A stretch of DNA of 64,000 nucleotides from an uncultured Coriobacteriia bacterium (GCA_963751505.1 CAVVUM010000008.1:31475-95474), one strand, 5' to 3'; counted from the stretch's first letter, positions 9,197 through 21,183 are shown. Numbers and translations are program-made. Notes: generated by a model from the letters alone, not told the origin.

Positions 9197-11595
9197 CTAC
9201 TCGTAGGCGATCGCGTCGCGAATCGAGACCTGCGACGCGCGCCACGAGGGCAACAGGCTCGCAAGTCCCGCGATCACGACCACCAGCACGAGCCACGCCC
9301 CAACGCCGATCCACGAGAACGCGTACGAGAGCGGCAGCGACATCGCCGTTCCCAGCGCACCAACGAGCCAGATCGAGATCGGCCACGAGAGCACGGCGCC
9401 GACGCTCCCACGCCATCACGCGCGACGACCAGGCCCTCGGTGATGAAGATCTGAAGATCGAGGCATGGCTCGCACCGATCGAGCGCATCACGCCGATCTC
9501 GCGCGTGGACTCGAGCACGTTGATGGTCATCGTCCCCGTCAGGCCGATGACGCCCACCGCCGCCAGCAGCGAAGCCATGATCACGAGAAACGTGACAAGG
9601 ATGCCGAGCTGATTCGCGATCGTCTCCTTCTGGGCGGACTGGGTCTGCGAGCCGGAGATGGCGAGCGAGGCCTCGTCGAGCCGGCGCTCGAGGTCCTTCC
9701 CGGTGCGGGCCTGGGCGTCCGCCGAGTGGTCCGACGACTGCACGAGCAGCCGGCTCACGCCGCCATTCGCGCCGATCGCCGCGTCGAGGGCGTCTCGCGG
9801 AACGAACGCCACCGGGCCCATGAGCTGGCCGGTCGCCACACCCACGATCTCCCACTCCTCCTCGGCTCCTCGGGTCTTGAGCAGAACGGTGTCGCCAACG
9901 GACAGGTACGGCTCGTCCTTCAGCACGTCGGTATTGACCACGAGTGCGCGATCGTCCTCGGGTTTGAGCCAGCGGCCGGCAACTATCTCGGGCTTGATGA
10001 ACCGCGTCTCGGCCGGTACGCCGAGCAGCGAGAGCTCCTGGTTCTCCGTGCCGTCCGGCCGGGCGAGCGAGGTCTGCGACTCAAGCCACGTCTCGACCGA
10101 GGTGACGCCCTCGATCTTCGCGGCCTCGCGCTCGAGCTCCGCTCTCGGCTGCATTCGTGCCATGTAGGCTTGCGCGTCGTAGTTCCACCACGACCCCATG
10201 TCGTCGACGGTCTGCAGCATCGAGGCCCGCACCGACCACACCGCCATGACCACCGCAGACGCGAAGATGAGCGTGGTGAGCGTGAGCGCCAGACGCCCTT
10301 TGCGCAGGAAGGTGTTCCGCAGCGACAGGGCGACAGGCCGAGGAAGCCCGCGGATAAGCCCGAGCGCCCGGTCGACGAGCCCGTGTCCGAAGGAGACCGA
10401 TACCCCGGTGGCGTTGAGCGCTCTGTGCCACCGGCAGCGTAGTACCGCGGTGCACGGGGAATGCGGCCGCCAACACGGGCACGAGAATGCCCACGAGCAC
10501 CGTGACGCCGAGGACCCATGCGGGCGGCGTGTAGTCGGTCACGCGGAAGTTGAGGACTCCCGCCGCGTAGGTGATGAGCGCTTGTCCTGCCCACCGACCC
10601 GCCAGCATGCCGAGCGCGACGGCCATGACGCCGTAGATGACCACCATGACCAGGTACATCCACGCCAATTGCGTGCGGCGGGCCCCGACCGACTTCATGA
10701 TGCCCACCTGGCGCACCTGCTGGGACATGATCGCCGAGACCGTCGTCACGACCAGGAAGCCCGACAGTGCAAGTGCCATCACGCCGATCGCGAGCAACAG
10801 CAAGGTGATCGCCTTGAAGATGTCTCCGAGAAAGTGGCTGCCCGGCTCGGGCACGGTCGTACGATACGTGCTCACACCCGCCGCCGAGAGATCGGTATCG
10901 CGCACGTCTGCTGCGATCCGACCCGCCGCCGAGCGCGACACCGTCGGGTCGAGCACGAGGGACAGGTGGTTCAACTCGTCGGGCTCCTCAAGAAGCGTCA
11001 GGGTGTCCGTCGAGATGAATCCCACGACCGCGCCCTGGAACTGCGCGGGCACCGAGTTGATATCGTGCGCAAACCCGACAACGCGAAGCTCGGCCTGTTT
11101 CCCACTTGGCGCCTCGACGGTGATCGTCTCGCCGACCGAGAACTGGTCGATTTGCAGCGCGCTCTTCTCGAGAATGACCTCTCCGGCCTTGGGCGGCCAC
11201 GCGGTCGACTCCTCGCGCACGAGCTTCTGGACGCCGCCGCGACCGAACTCGGGAATCGCCCAAAGCCGCAGGGTCTCCCAGCCGGCGGTCGATTCGTCAG
11301 GGGCCGCGTCGGGTGAGTAGCGAACCGTCACGCGCCTGCGACCCTCCGCGGCTCTGACGTCATCGCGCTCGGCAACCGCGTCCGGCAGCGTGCGCTCAAA
11401 GCCACTCGTGTCAAACTCGGCTGAGGGAGGCACGCTCGCCTCGAAGTCGACGTCGAACTCGCGCAACAGCACTTCGCGACCGCCCATGACCACGGCGATC
11501 GCGAAGACGCCCACAGCGATGGAGAGCACCACGAGCGCGGTGCGGATCTTGTGGCTTGTCAGGTCGCGGACGACCTTGTGCCAGCGCGGTCGCAT
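9197..11595 (-). CDS. ABC transporter permease with two FtsX domains (MacB-like), frame-broken
   Basis: N-terminus '[33 protein letters not shown]' (ORF 10081..11595). Second half '[24 protein letters not shown]' (ORF 8901..10253). C-terminus '..[16 protein letters not shown]' (ORF 9197..9394). Confidence 0.8.
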
Positions 11596-11600
11596 CCTCG

Positions 11601-12377
11601 CTACCGCGCCGACGGTCCAGCGGCGTCGGCCCTGACCGCGCCGACCGCTGATTCCGCGGCCTCCTCGGCGAGCTCCTCGTCGAGCCAGCGGCGGCGGTCC
11701 TCGACGATCTCGCCGTCCGCGACATGCAGCGCGCGGGTGACGCGCGACGCGAGGTCGTTGTCGTGCGTGACCATCACGATCGTCTTGCCGCGCGCGACGA
11801 GACGCTCGAAAAGCTCGAAGACGGCGTCGGCGGTCTTGGAGTCGAGGTTGCCGGTGGGCTCGTCGGCCGCGATGATCGGCGGATCGTTGGCGAGCGCACG
11901 AGCAATCGCGACTCGCTGCTGCTGGCCGCCGGAGAGCGCCGAGGGCAGCTTGTAGGCCTGATCGGTCATCTCGACTTGCTCGAGCAGATCGAGCGCTACC
12001 GCGGGCCGGTCGTCGACCTTGTGCACGTTGCAGAAGTCCATCGGCAGCATGACATTCTCGATCACGGTTAGCGTGGGCAGCAGCTGGAAGAACTGGAACA
12101 CCACGCCGATCGTCTTGCCGCGCCAGATAGCGAGCTGGTTCTCATTGAGCCCGTGCACCGGTGTGCCGCCCACCACCACATGCCCGGACGTCGGGTGGTC
12201 GATACCGGTGATCATGTTGATGAGCGTCGTCTTGCCCGAGCCCGACTTGCCGATGAGCCCGATGAACTCCCCGGTGCTCACGTCGAGGTTGACGCCCTTG
12301 AGCGCGGTGAAGGGAATCTCCCCCGTGTCGTAGGTCTTCACGACGTCGGTGAGGTGGATCAGGGGCGTGTCTGTCAT
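11601..12377 (-). CDS. ABC transporter ATP-binding protein (MacB/LolD-type)
   Basis: Walker A '[10 protein letters not shown]', signature '[15 protein letters not shown]', Walker B '[12 protein letters not shown]'. ATG 12377 lies after GAGGTG. The stop is 6 nt before the permease start. Confidence 0.9.
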   Translation of the reverse strand: MTDTPLIHLTDVVKTYDTGEIPFTALKGVNLDVSTGEFIGLIGKSGSGKTTLINMITGIDHPTSGHVVVGGTPVHGLNENQLAIWRGKTIGVVFQFFQLLPTLTVIENVMLPMDFCNVHKVDDRPAVALDLLEQVEMTDQAYKLPSALSGGQQQRVAIARALANDPPIIAADEPTGNLDSKTADAVFELFERLVARGKTIVMVTHDNDLASRVTRALHVADGEIVEDRRRWLDEELAEEAAESAVGAVRADAAGPSAR

Positions 12378-12487
12378 AGCCCGCACCTCGCTCCTTCCGC
12401 AGATCTCGCCGGCGCGTCACGCAGGGCGCGTCGGACCGGCGCTCGACGAGCCCTCGGAGGCCCGGGACGCAAGTCCCGCGCCGACGC

Positions 12488-12980
12488 TTACGATCCGTAT
12501 ACAAGCACGAGCCCGCCGAGTATGGCGACGAAGCCGACGCCGACCAGCCACGGCTCGGCGATGAAGGCGATCCCGATGAGCACCTCACACACGGCCGCGG
12601 CGCCGAAGACCCAGCCCTCGAGCCGGGTGCGCTCGCGCCGCATCAGAGCGACGAAGCTCGCGAGGCCCTGGATCACGAGCACGATACCCACCAAGGCGAG
12701 CACGACCGCCGCCGTTCTCTGGGTACGCGTCACCAGCAGTAGACCGACCACGATGTTGCGCGCCGCCAAAACGAGCAGCCAGCCCTTGCGCACGACGTGT
12801 TTCTGGAAGAGCAGCGACCCGCCGTCGACCAGGCCGAGCGCGATCGAGTAGGCGCCGTAGATGGTGAGGCCGAGGTTCAGGATCAGTTGGGGCCAGGCGA
12901 CCAACAGCGCGCCGGCGGCGATGCTGACCAACCCACGAAGCACTGACGCCTTCCAGTTCGTTGCGAGCGTAGTCGATCAT
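12488..12980 (-). CDS. HdeD/DUF308-like small membrane protein
   Basis: Four to five TM helices: 'LRGLVSIAAGALLVAWP..', 'LVGIVLVIQGLASF', 'IGIAFIAEPWLVGVGFVAILGGLVLV'. The probable N-terminus 'MIDYARNELEGVS' lies in a neighbouring frame. Confidence 0.5.
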
Positions 12981-12984
12981 GCGG

Positions 12985-14100
12985 CTAGCGTCCCTTCCGC
13001 TTTGGTTCGGTCTGGTAGAACCGCTTCGCGGCCTTGGCGATCACCTTGCCGGCCTGTTCCTTCTCCCGCCAAGCCTTCTCATCCCGCCGGCGCGAGAGTT
13101 CATCCATCTCGCCGACGAGCCGCAGGTAGCTCTCGAGCCTGCGCTCGGGCAGCTCCCCCGCCGCAACCGCCGCGCGCACCGCGCACCCCGGCTCCTCCCC
13201 GTGCACGCAGTCGCGGAAGCGGCAGTGCTCGGCGAGCGCCTCGATTTCGGGAAACGCCGACGCGAGGCCCTCCTCGGCATCCCACAGGGCGATCGCGCGC
13301 ATGCCGGGGGTGTCGATGATGACGCCGCCGCCCGGGACGAGCACGATCTCGCGGGCTACCGTGGTGTGCCTGCCCTTGTCGTCGGACTCGCGGACCTCAC
13401 GCGTCTCCTGCAACTCCTCGCCGACGATGCGGTTGAGCAGCGTTGACTTGCCCACCCCCGAGCCGCCGAGCAGCGCGGCCGTGGTACCGAAGGGGACGTG
13501 CGCGGTCACTTCGTCGATGCCCTCGCCCGTCACCGAGCTCTCGACGATCACGTCGACGCCGTACGCGACGTCCTCGGCGACCTCGCGTTGAGCAGCGACG
13601 TCCTCGGCGAGGTCCGCCTTCGTGAGCACGACGACCGGGGTGGCTCCGCTCTCCCACGCGAGCACGAGCTCGCGCTCCAGCCGGCGGAGGTTGATGCCAC
13701 CGCCGGAGAGCGACTGCACCACGAAGATCACGTCGACGTTGGCGATCAGAACCTGCTCACCGGTCTGCTCGCCCGGGTCCTTGCGAGAAAACGCGCTCTT
13801 GCGCGGGAGGATGACCTCGATGATCGGGAGGTCGTGGCCTTCCGGATGCGCGAGTGCGACCCAGTCGCCGACGACAGCGCGGCTCTCGGCGGCCTCCGCC
13901 GACTTCACGAGGTGGGTCGCGGGCTCCGCGCGCACGAGCCCGTCGTCGGTGGCGACGAGCGGCATCCCGCGATCGACGCGCGCCACGCGAGCGAGCTCGA
14001 GCCCCTGGTCGTCGAGCGAGGCGAACAGCGCTCGCTCGCGGTCGGTCAGACCGAGGACGGCGAGTGGGGCACGTACGGTGTCGGGCGCGTCATGAGGCAC
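12985..14100 (-). CDS. rsgA: ribosome small-subunit-dependent GTPase A
   Basis: Intact 371-aa ORF. It shows 'ANVDVIFVVQS', 'VVVLTKADL', the P-loop 'GGSGVGKSTLLN' and the Zn-finger region 'CRFRDCVHGEEPGCAV'. Confidence 0.9.
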   Translation of the reverse strand: MPHDAPDTVRAPLAVLGLTDRERALFASLDDQGLELARVARVDRGMPLVATDDGLVRAEPATHLVKSAEAAESRAVVGDWVALAHPEGHDLPIIEVILPRKSAFSRKDPGEQTGEQVLIANVDVIFVVQSLSGGGINLRRLERELVLAWESGATPVVVLTKADLAEDVAAQREVAEDVAYGVDVIVESSVTGEGIDEVTAHVPFGTTAALLGGSGVGKSTLLNRIVGEELQETREVRESDDKGRHTTVAREIVLVPGGGVIIDTPGMRAIALWDAEEGLASAFPEIEALAEHCRFRDCVHGEEPGCAVRAAVAAGELPERRLESYLRLVGEMDELSRRRDEKAWREKEQAGKVIAKAAKRFYQTEPKRKGR

Positions 14101-14145
14101 TCGGTAAGGATACCCCGCACGCAGCGTCTTCGCTGCTCGAGCGCG

Positions 14146-14775
14146 CTATTTCGCCGCGACCGGCTTCACGACGACGACCGCAGTGTCGGCGAGCAGGTTC
14201 GGCCACACCCTGACTCGGCGGACCCGCTCGCGGTGCCAGGCCTCGGTGAGCAGGGCGACCTCGCGCTCGATCTCGCCGCCGTTCGAGGCTACGAAGTCCC
14301 GGAAGTCGGTGATCGTCGTGTGGTGGATGTTGGGCGTGTCGTACCAGGTGTAGGGGATCGAGCGCGACACCGGCATCCGGCCCCGAAGCGCCAGGATGCC
14401 GCGCACCTTCCAGTGACCGAAGTTCGGGTAGCTCACGATGCCGCGCCTGCCCACCCGAAGCATCTCGCGCAGCACGAACGCAGGCCGACGCACCACCTGC
14501 AGGGTCTGCGAGAGCACGACCAGGTCGAAGCTGGCGTCGGGGTAGGCCGCAAGCCCGTCGTCGAGGTCGGCCTCGACCACCGAGAGCCCGCGGGCGATCG
14601 CCGCGGCGATGTCGGCGTGGTCGAGCTCGATGCCGCGAACGACACAACCGCGTTCGTCGCGCAGGTGCGCCATGAGCGAACCGTCGCCACATCCCAGGTC
14701 GAGCACACGGCTGCCTTCAGGCACGAGCTCGGTGATGAGTCGGAGATCGCTGCGAAGGGAGTCGGCGGAGCTCAT
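14146..14775 (-). CDS. metW: methionine biosynthesis protein MetW
   Basis: 'LRLITELVPEGSRVLDLGCGDGSLMAHL..GIELD..FDLVVLSQTLQ..GIVSYPNFGHWKVR'. ATG 14773..14775 overlaps the metX stop (ATGA). Confidence 0.85.
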   Translation of the reverse strand: MSSADSLRSDLRLITELVPEGSRVLDLGCGDGSLMAHLRDERGCVVRGIELDHADIAAAIARGLSVVEADLDDGLAAYPDASFDLVVLSQTLQVVRRPAFVLREMLRVGRRGIVSYPNFGHWKVRGILALRGRMPVSRSIPYTWYDTPNIHHTTITDFRDFVASNGGEIEREVALLTEAWHRERVRRVRVWPNLLADTAVVVVKPVAAK

Positions 14776-16012
14776 GGGCGCACCGCCTTCGCACGCTCGT
14801 CGCCGAGCAGGCGTGCGAGGAACGGCTCGATGAACGCGTGTTGCGCTTCGGGCTCGAGCAGGAAGGCGTCGTGGCCGTAGGGCGAGGCGACCTCGGCGAA
14901 CGAGACCTCGGCGCCTCGGGCCCTGAGCGCGTCGACGAGCTCGCGCGACTGGTAGGTCGGAAAGAGCCAGTCGCTCGAGAACGACAGCACGAGGAAGCGA
15001 GCGGTAGCCGAGCTCAGCGCATCGGCAAGTGACGGCGAGCCCGCGCACAAGTCGAAGTAGTCCATCGCCTTGGTCATGTAGAGGTAGGTGTTCGCATCGA
15101 AGCGCTCGGTGAAGCGTTTGCCCTGATAGGCGAGGTAGCTCTCGACCTCGAACTCGGTCACGAACTCGAAGGCGGGTGCTTCGCGGTCGCGGAGCCGACG
15201 GCCGAACTTCTCGCGCATCGACTCGTCGGACAGGTAGGTGATGTGGCCGATCATGCGCGCAACCGCCAGGCCGTGGCGCGGCGTGCCGTGATCGTAGTAG
15301 TCGCCGAAGCGAAAGGCCGAGTCGCCGAGAATCGCGGTGCGGCCGACCTCGTTGAACGCGATCGCCTGCGCGGCGAGCCGCCAGGTCGTGGCGATGGCGA
15401 GGCAGCCTGCGACGCGGTCGGGGTAGCGAGTCGACCACGCGAGCGCCTGCATACCGCCCATCGAGCCGCCGGCCACGGCGAGCAGGCGCTCGATGCCCAG
15501 CTCGTCGAGCAGGCGCGCCTGCACGTCGACCATGTCCTCGACGGTCACGACCGGGAAGTTCAGGCCGTAGGCCCTACCGGTGGCTGGGTCGACGCTGCTC
15601 GGCCCGGTCGTGCCCGAACAGCCGCCGAGTACGTTCGCGCAGATGACGAAGTAGCGCTCGGTGTCGAAGGCCTTGCCGGGACCCACGAACGGGTCCCACC
15701 AGCCGGGCCTGATCGTCGATGCCGCAGCCGCGTCGGGGTCGCCGAAGGAGGCCTCCGGTGGCGACCAATCGCTGCCGTCTGTCTGGCGCCAGCCCGCGGA
15801 TCGCGCATCGGCCTCGCGCCACCCGCCCACGTGCGCGTCACCTGACAGCGCGTGGCACAGCAGGATCGCGTTGTCGCGCTCCGGCGAGAGCGTCCCGAGC
15901 GTCTCGTAGGCGACCTCGACCTCGGGCCAGCCGGCGGCCCGAGGCGAGCGCGACGTCGTGCAGCGTCAGCGAGCGCGCGGGGACGACGCCGGCGCTGCCG
16001 ACGTCGTCCCAC
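14772..16012 (-). CDS. metX: homoserine O-acetyltransferase; N-terminal part in other frames, start approximate
   Basis: 'PEVEVAYETLGTLSPERDNAILLCHALSGDAHV', '..PGWWDPFVGPGKAFDTERYFVICANVLGGCSGTTGPSS..', 'GGSMGGMQALAW', 'SFSSDWLFP', 'SPYGHDAFL'. Confidence 0.85.
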
Positions 16013-16046
16013 GGGCGCGGGTGCGGTGAGTGATGCGGCCACCGGG

Positions 16047-17370
<1,324 letters not shown>

Positions 17371-17594
17371 GTCAGGACTCGCTTTCGGTTCGTGACTGCT
17401 AGTGGAGGTGATTCCCCGACCGCGTGCTTAGCGGTCGGCCAAAGGCCGCCCGAGTCCGGCGCATGCGCCGACAGACCCGGGCCGGGTCATCATCATGTCC
17501 ATCAGCATCACGCGACCGAATGCTGCCATGACTGCTCTTACACACCTCCTTCGTGCAGATCGAACGGCCTACGGCTTGTGCCGAAGGTTGGGCC
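17371..17594 (-). promoter_or_regulatory. structured 5' leader of metY-metX-metW containing a Met-codon-rich upstream ORF (17428..17529)
   Basis: AAGGAGG is followed by ATG at 17527..17529, encoding 'MAAFGRVMLMDMMMTRPGSVGACAGLGRPLADR*'. Several GC hairpins lie inside and after it. GGAGGTG (17543..17549) is perfectly complementary to CACCTCC (17404..17410). Confidence 0.4.
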
Positions 17595-17624
17595 ACAGTA
17601 GCGAGCACTGCCCTGTTGCGTCAA
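17595..17624 (-). promoter_or_regulatory. candidate sigma70-type promoter of the met leader
   Basis: The minus strand reads TTGACG (17619..17624), an 18-nt spacer, then TACTGT (17595..17600). Confidence 0.3.
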
Positions 17625-17714
17625 CCGGTGATTCCGCACCTACCCGGTGAGGAATCCTACGGCATCGGTGAGCGGTATCATCGCAAGCATCCGTCGGATT
17701 GCAGGGGGTTTGAG

Positions 17715-18329
17715 ATGAAGAAGCGCATCGGTCCGGTAGAGCGGCTCTTCCCGATGCCGTGCGCGCTGGTCGTGGGCGGCACGATGGAGGAGGCCGACGC
17801 ACTCGCCGTCGCGTGGATCAACATCGTGTCGTCGACCCCGCCCACCGTGGCCATGGGGCTGCGGGAGTCGCGGCACACCCTGGAGCTCATCCGTCGGACC
17901 GGCACGTTCACCGTGAACATCCCTTCGGCGGAGCTCGCCGCCGAGGTCGACTTCTGCGGCACCACGCCCGGCGACAGGTCGGACAAGTTCGCCGTCACGG
18001 GGCTCACCCTCGCGCCCGCCGCGCTCGTCGCCGCTCCGATAATCGACCAGTGCCCGTTCAACTTGGAGTGCCGCGTGACCGAGGAGGTCGCGGTCGGCTC
18101 CTATCGCGTCGTGCTGGGCGAGATCGTCGAGGCGCACGCCGACGAGTCGGTGCTGCGCGACCCGGACTCCGACGTAGTCGAGATGGCGGCACTCGACCCG
18201 CTCATCTACATCGCCGGCGCGCGGGAGTACTGGCGGCTGGGCGGCAAGGTCGCCGACGCGTACTGCGGTCGGACGGAAGTTCTCGGCATCCGCCGAGCAG
18301 TAGCCTGGTCGTTGAGCAATTCTGACTGA
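17715..18329 (+). CDS. flavin reductase-like (FMN-binding split-barrel) protein
   Basis: 'PMPCALVVGG..AVAWINIVSSTPPTVAMGLRESRHTLELIRRTGTFTVNIPS..DFCGTTPGDRSDKF'. ATG 17715 is an internal start of ORF 17553..18329. Confidence 0.75.
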   Translation: MKKRIGPVERLFPMPCALVVGGTMEEADALAVAWINIVSSTPPTVAMGLRESRHTLELIRRTGTFTVNIPSAELAAEVDFCGTTPGDRSDKFAVTGLTLAPAALVAAPIIDQCPFNLECRVTEEVAVGSYRVVLGEIVEAHADESVLRDPDSDVVEMAALDPLIYIAGAREYWRLGGKVADAYCGRTEVLGIRRAVAWSLSNSD

Positions 18330-18417
18330 ATCCATCAGGATTTGACCTCGGTCAAGGGCGCCGCGCTTGAGGAGTGGTATCTCTCATGGTGTGAACGCAT
18401 CTGTGAGAGGAGTGACC

Positions 18418-19887
18418 ATGACGGTCACGGCTGATACCACCATCCACGACCTCATCGGCGAGTACCCCTACCTGCTCGACTGGCTCGTCGCCTACGACTC
18501 GCACTTCAGCGCGCTCAAGAACCCGGCGCTCTTCAAGACGATGGCGCGTGTCGCCAAGGTCGAGACCGCCGCGGCCATGGCCGGCGTCGACACCAAGAAG
18601 CTGCTCGACGACATCCGCACCGAGATCGCCCGCCGCGAGATCGCTGCCGAGGAGTCCGCCGACGCGCCAGCCGCGCCGGTCGACCCCGAGGTCGCGGCGA
18701 GCCGGCAAGAAGCGCTCAAGGGCATCATCCGCAAGCTGCACGACGGCGTGCCCGTTGAGCAGGTGAAGGCGGAGTTCGACGCGCTGATCGTGGGTATCGA
18801 CTCGGCGGAGATCGCCCGCATGGAGCAGGCGCTCATCGCCGAGGGCATGCCGGTCGAAGACGTCCAGCGCCTCTGCGACGTGCACGTGACGGTCTTCAAG
18901 GAGGCGCTCGACGAGAAGCCGTCCGCGACGGTAGAGGCCGGTCATCCGATAGACGCCTACAAGCGCGAGAACGAGGTCGCGACCCAGCTCGTGGCCGACC
19001 TCAACCTCCTGCTGGGCGCACTGGCGACCGCCACCGACGATGCCGATCGCGCTGCGGTCCTCGAGACCATCTCGGCCAAGCTCGGCGAGCTCGCAACGAT
19101 CGACACGCACTACGCGCGCAAGGAGAACCAGCTGTTCCCGGTGCTCGAGACGCACGGGGTCGAGGGGCCGACCAAGGTCATGTGGGCGCTCGACGACGAC
19201 ATCAGGGGGCGCCTCAAGACCGCGCGCTCGCTGCTGGCGGCCGGCGACACCGTCATCGCTCGCCGCCACGCTGCCCGAGACCCTCACGATGATCGACGAC
19301 ATGATCTACAAGGAGGAGAAGATCCTCTTCCCCACCTCGCTCGACGTCGTCACCGCCGAGGAATGGGCGACGGATCGCCGCCGGCGACGCCGAGATCGGC
19401 TACGCGTGGATCGAGGGTCCGTCAGGCGAAGCGCCGGTCGCTGCACCTGCTGCGGCCGCCCCCGAAGCCGCTGGCGAGCGGCGAGATGCTGCTGCCGCTT
19501 CCCACCGGCGCGCTGACCCTCGGCCAGCTCGACCTGCTGTTTCGCGCCCTGCCGTTCGACGTGACCTACGTCGACGAGAACGACCGCGTGCGGTTCTACT
19601 CGGAAGGCGAGCGAGTCTTCCCCCGTTCGCCGGGCGCCATCGGCCGAGAGGTGCGGAACTGTCACCCGCCCAAGAGCCTTCACAAGGTCGAGGAGATCCT
19701 GGCCGCGTTCAAGGCCGCCGAGAAGGACGTCGCCGAGTTCTGGATCGAGATGGGCCCGAAGTTCATCCACATCCGCTACTTCGCGCTTCGCGACGAAGGC
19801 GGCGCCTACCGAGGCTGCCTCGAGGTCGTGCACGATGCGACACACGTGCGCGGACTCATCGGCAATCGGCGGATCGTCGACTGGTAG
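18418..19887 (+). CDS. DUF1858-DUF438-hemerythrin-PAS protein (frame-broken in the middle)
   Basis: 'TIHDLIGEYPYLLDWL' (DUF1858-like). 'IIRKLHDGVPVEQVKAEFDALI..EIARMEQALIAEGMPVEDVQRLCDVHV' (DUF438-like). 'HYARKENQLFPVLE' (hemerythrin-like). 'FDVTYVDENDRVRFYSEGERVFPRSPGAIGREVRNCHPPKS' (PAS). Confidence 0.7.
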   Translation: MTVTADTTIHDLIGEYPYLLDWLVAYDSHFSALKNPALFKTMARVAKVETAAAMAGVDTKKLLDDIRTEIARREIAAEESADAPAAPVDPEVAASRQEALKGIIRKLHDGVPVEQVKAEFDALIVGIDSAEIARMEQALIAEGMPVEDVQRLCDVHVTVFKEALDEKPSATVEAGHPIDAYKRENEVATQLVADLNLLLGALATATDDADRAAVLETISAKLGELATIDTHYARKENQLFPVLETHGVEGPTKVMWALDDDIRGRLKTARSLLAAGDTVIARRHAARDPHDDRRHDLQGGEDPLPHLARRRHRRGMGDGSPPATPRSATRGSRVRQAKRRSLHLLRPPPKPLASGEMLLPLPTGALTLGQLDLLFRALPFDVTYVDENDRVRFYSEGERVFPRSPGAIGREVRNCHPPKSLHKVEEILAAFKAAEKDVAEFWIEMGPKFIHIRYFALRDEGGAYRGCLEVVHDATHVRGLIGNRRIVDW

Positions 19888-19911
19888 CCGGCAGCGGGAG
19901 CCGTGGCGGCG

Positions 19912-21183
19912 CTACGCGGCCTTCCGCTCGGCCTCTTGCACCGAGAGGACTCCGACGCGAGCGCCAGGGGGCTTCGTGGCAAACGTCAGCGCGGAAGCGG
20001 CAACGCACAGCGTCGCAGCAGCCGCGTACGCCAACCCGTACGTACCCGTCTGGTCCACGATCGTGCCCGCGGCCATCGACCCGAACACGCCGCCCACACC
20101 CCACGCCGTGAAGACGAGGCCGTAGTTCACGCCGAGGTTCTTGGTGCCGAAGTAGCCCGCGGTCGTCGAGGGGAAGAGCGACAGGTTCGCGCCGTAGCAG
20201 AAGCCGATCGCCGCGGCCACCGGAACGAGCGTCATTGCGCTGCCTGCAAGCGCCAAGGCACCCATCATCAGTGCCTGGGCGATGAAGACGATGCGCATCG
20301 TGGGAATCCCGCCGATGCGATCGGCGACGACGCCTGCGACGAGCCTACCGAGGGCATTGCCGATGGCAAGCACGGCGACGAGGACGAACCCCAGGTCGAT
20401 CGCAGAGAGCTGAAGTGCCGCGATCTTCGCCATGTGGCCGATGATCATCAGGCCAGCGAAGGCCGCGAACGCGTACATCAGCCACAGCAGGACGAACTGC
20501 TTGGTGCGCACCATGTCACGCCAGTCGTACTCGGTCAGCGCCTGGTCGGTCGTAGCGGCCGCCACCGCATTGGGAACGGCACCGACTCCTGCGGGCGGGT
20601 TCGAGAGCAGGGATGCGAACGTGATCGTCACGAACGTGAAGGCGACGCCCAAGGCACGAAACGTCCCGGATACGCCGTACTCGCCGAGAAGCCAGCTCGT
20701 GAGCGGTGCGATATAGACGCTTGCGAGCCCGAACCCGGAAACGACGATGCCGGTGATAAGACCCTTGCGCGCCGGTGAGAACCACTTCACGGCGGCGGGT
20801 GTAGCTGCCGCGTAGCCGAGCCCGATGCCAAGCCCCGTGAGCAGCCCGAAGCCGACAACGATCGGCAGGCGCTGCGTCTGCGATCCGAGACTGGCGACGA
20901 GCAGACCGGCTCCGCACAGTGCCCCACCCAGGGTGGCCACGACGCGCGGCCCAAAGCGGTCCTGGGCGCGGCCGGCGAAGACCATCGAGAGCGCAAACAC
21001 CCCGACGGCAGCGGCGTACGGGAGACTCGCCTCGCCTGCCGACCAGCCCCATCCGCCCTCGGTGACGGACTTGGACAGCGTCTTGGCGATGATGCTCCAC
21101 GAGTACAGAATGCCGAGCGCAAGGTTAAGACCGAGACCAGCAAACGTGACTATCCAGCCACGCGACGCAGTAGAGCGCGCCAT
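19912..21183 (-). CDS. MFS transporter, oxalate/formate antiporter (OFA) family-like
   Basis: Intact 423-aa ORF with 12 hydrophobic segments. N-terminus 'GWIVTFAGLGLNLALGILYSWSI'. Confidence 0.8.
   Translation of the reverse strand: MARSTASRGWIVTFAGLGLNLALGILYSWSIIAKTLSKSVTEGGWGWSAGEASLPYAAAVGVFALSMVFAGRAQDRFGPRVVATLGGALCGAGLLVASLGSQTQRLPIVVGFGLLTGLGIGLGYAAATPAAVKWFSPARKGLITGIVVSGFGLASVYIAPLTSWLLGEYGVSGTFRALGVAFTFVTITFASLLSNPPAGVGAVPNAVAAATTDQALTEYDWRDMVRTKQFVLLWLMYAFAAFAGLMIIGHMAKIAALQLSAIDLGFVLVAVLAIGNALGRLVAGVVADRIGGIPTMRIVFIAQALMMGALALAGSAMTLVPVAAAIGFCYGANLSLFPSTTAGYFGTKNLGVNYGLVFTAWGVGGVFGSMAAGTIVDQTGTYGLAYAAAATLCVAASALTFATKPPGARVGVLSVQEAERKAA

Noticed and set aside
8901-10253. 450-aa minus-strand ORF extending past the FtsX permease into the polyferredoxin gene.
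   Set aside because: The upstream two thirds are genuine permease sequence. The tail is out of frame and antisense to the convergent gene. The true C-terminus is in ORF 9197..9394.
13498-14880. 460-aa ORF on the plus strand.
   Set aside because: It is antisense to rsgA and metW, both of which are intact and conserved on the minus strand.
17371-17594. A SAM riboswitch (S-box or SAM-IV) was expected upstream of metY.
   Set aside because: I could not find the conserved cores, for example GGCAACC with its surrounding pairing or the S-box kink-turn/GGUGCUAA-type segments. A covariance-model search is needed to be sure.
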